Shown here piece by piece: positions 63,337-64,000 of a DNA stretch of 64,000 nt (position 1 is its first letter; the number at the start of each line of letters is the position of its first letter). The stretch is from Octopus bimaculoides (lineage: Eukaryota). The stretch covers positions 13,451,038-13,515,037 of the forward strand of contig NC_068983.1 of NCBI RefSeq assembly GCF_001194135.2. The letters run 5' to 3'. Made by a program: the position numbers and the translations under genes. The notes below the pieces were generated by a model, which saw only the letters and a program-made list of their open reading frames with translations, searched no databases and had not been told where the DNA came from.

Positions 63337-63654
63337 AAACAGTTGCAGCGTGGAATGTGTTTATAAGCCATTTAAGAAACACACAAAAACCGTTAGATTC
63401 ACTTCAGCATTTAAATTTGATTTGCCAAAATATTTTCGTCGCTTTGAGACCGCGACTTGTTCATTGACAAAATTTCGTGCTTCATCTGAGTCCTGAGTTC
63501 AAGTGGTGCAGCACGAAATTTTGTCAGTGAACAAGTCGCGGTCTCAAAGCGACGAAAATATTTTGGCAAATTAAATTTAAATGTTGAAGTGAATCTAACG
63601 GCTTTTGTGTGTTTCTTAAATGGCTTATAAACACCTTCCACGCTGCAATTGTTT
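63337..63654. repeat. 145-bp inverted repeat (63337-63481 / 63510-63654), PLE pseudo-LTR-like
   Basis: About 6 mismatches by eye, 28-bp spacer. Each arm carries a hammerhead-shaped fold. Confidence 0.95.
63520..63570 (+). ncRNA. Variant minimal hammerhead with G3-C8 core
   Basis: TTTGTCA-GTGAACA-A-GTCGC GGTCTCAAA GCGAC-GAAA-A TA T-T-T-TGGCAAA. Palindrome AAAATATTTT. Mirror copy at 63421-63471(-) has A3. Confidence 0.65.
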
Positions 63655-64000
63655 ATCAACTCTTATTATTTACTTTTTACACCACGGTAAAAAAAAGCTC
63701 CAGTACTGGAGAAAATGTGATGTCTTTTTCCTAGATGCCAACCAATGCCCATCGAGTGGATCTGGTGCGCATACGCGTCTATGTGCTGTGTTTATCATTT
63801 ACCGCTTGACAACTGGTGTTGGTTTATTTACGCGTCCGCGAGTTAGCGGTTCAACAAATATGACCCACTGAATAATTATCAAATTTTAAGACAAAATTAT
63901 GTAACAGTCGATTTGTTTAACTTTACCTTTCAATGTGGTACCCCAACATGGCCACATCCAATGCGTGGAACAAAAGCTAAATGAATGACATCTAAGCATG

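Overview
AT-rich eukaryotic DNA, probably from an octopus or other cephalopod. That assignment is inferred from recalled SINE families and the microsatellite density, not from a search. About 4 kb is N-gaps. No host exon, rRNA, real tRNA gene or CRISPR array is supported, and most ORFs in the track are microsatellite or gap artefacts. The window is a transposon graveyard. It holds four abundant tRNA-derived SINE families plus one ribozyme-bearing SINE. Non-LTR remnants include Tx1/L1-like (one apparently ORF1-only), CR1/L2-like, RTE-like, CRE-like and Penelope-like (PLE) elements. There are also mariner fragments and a hAT MITE with a perfect 8-bp TSD. Two signals stand out. (1) Seven separate loci have minimal type-I hammerhead-ribozyme architecture with different core variants. 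These include a G3-C8 compensatory swap in a 145-bp inverted repeat (63337-63654), one inside a tRNA-headed SINE, and one just downstream of a PLE endonuclease remnant. (2) Three SINE families share 3' tails with LINE remnants in the same window, one with a covarying stem-loop. All alignments and folds were done by eye.
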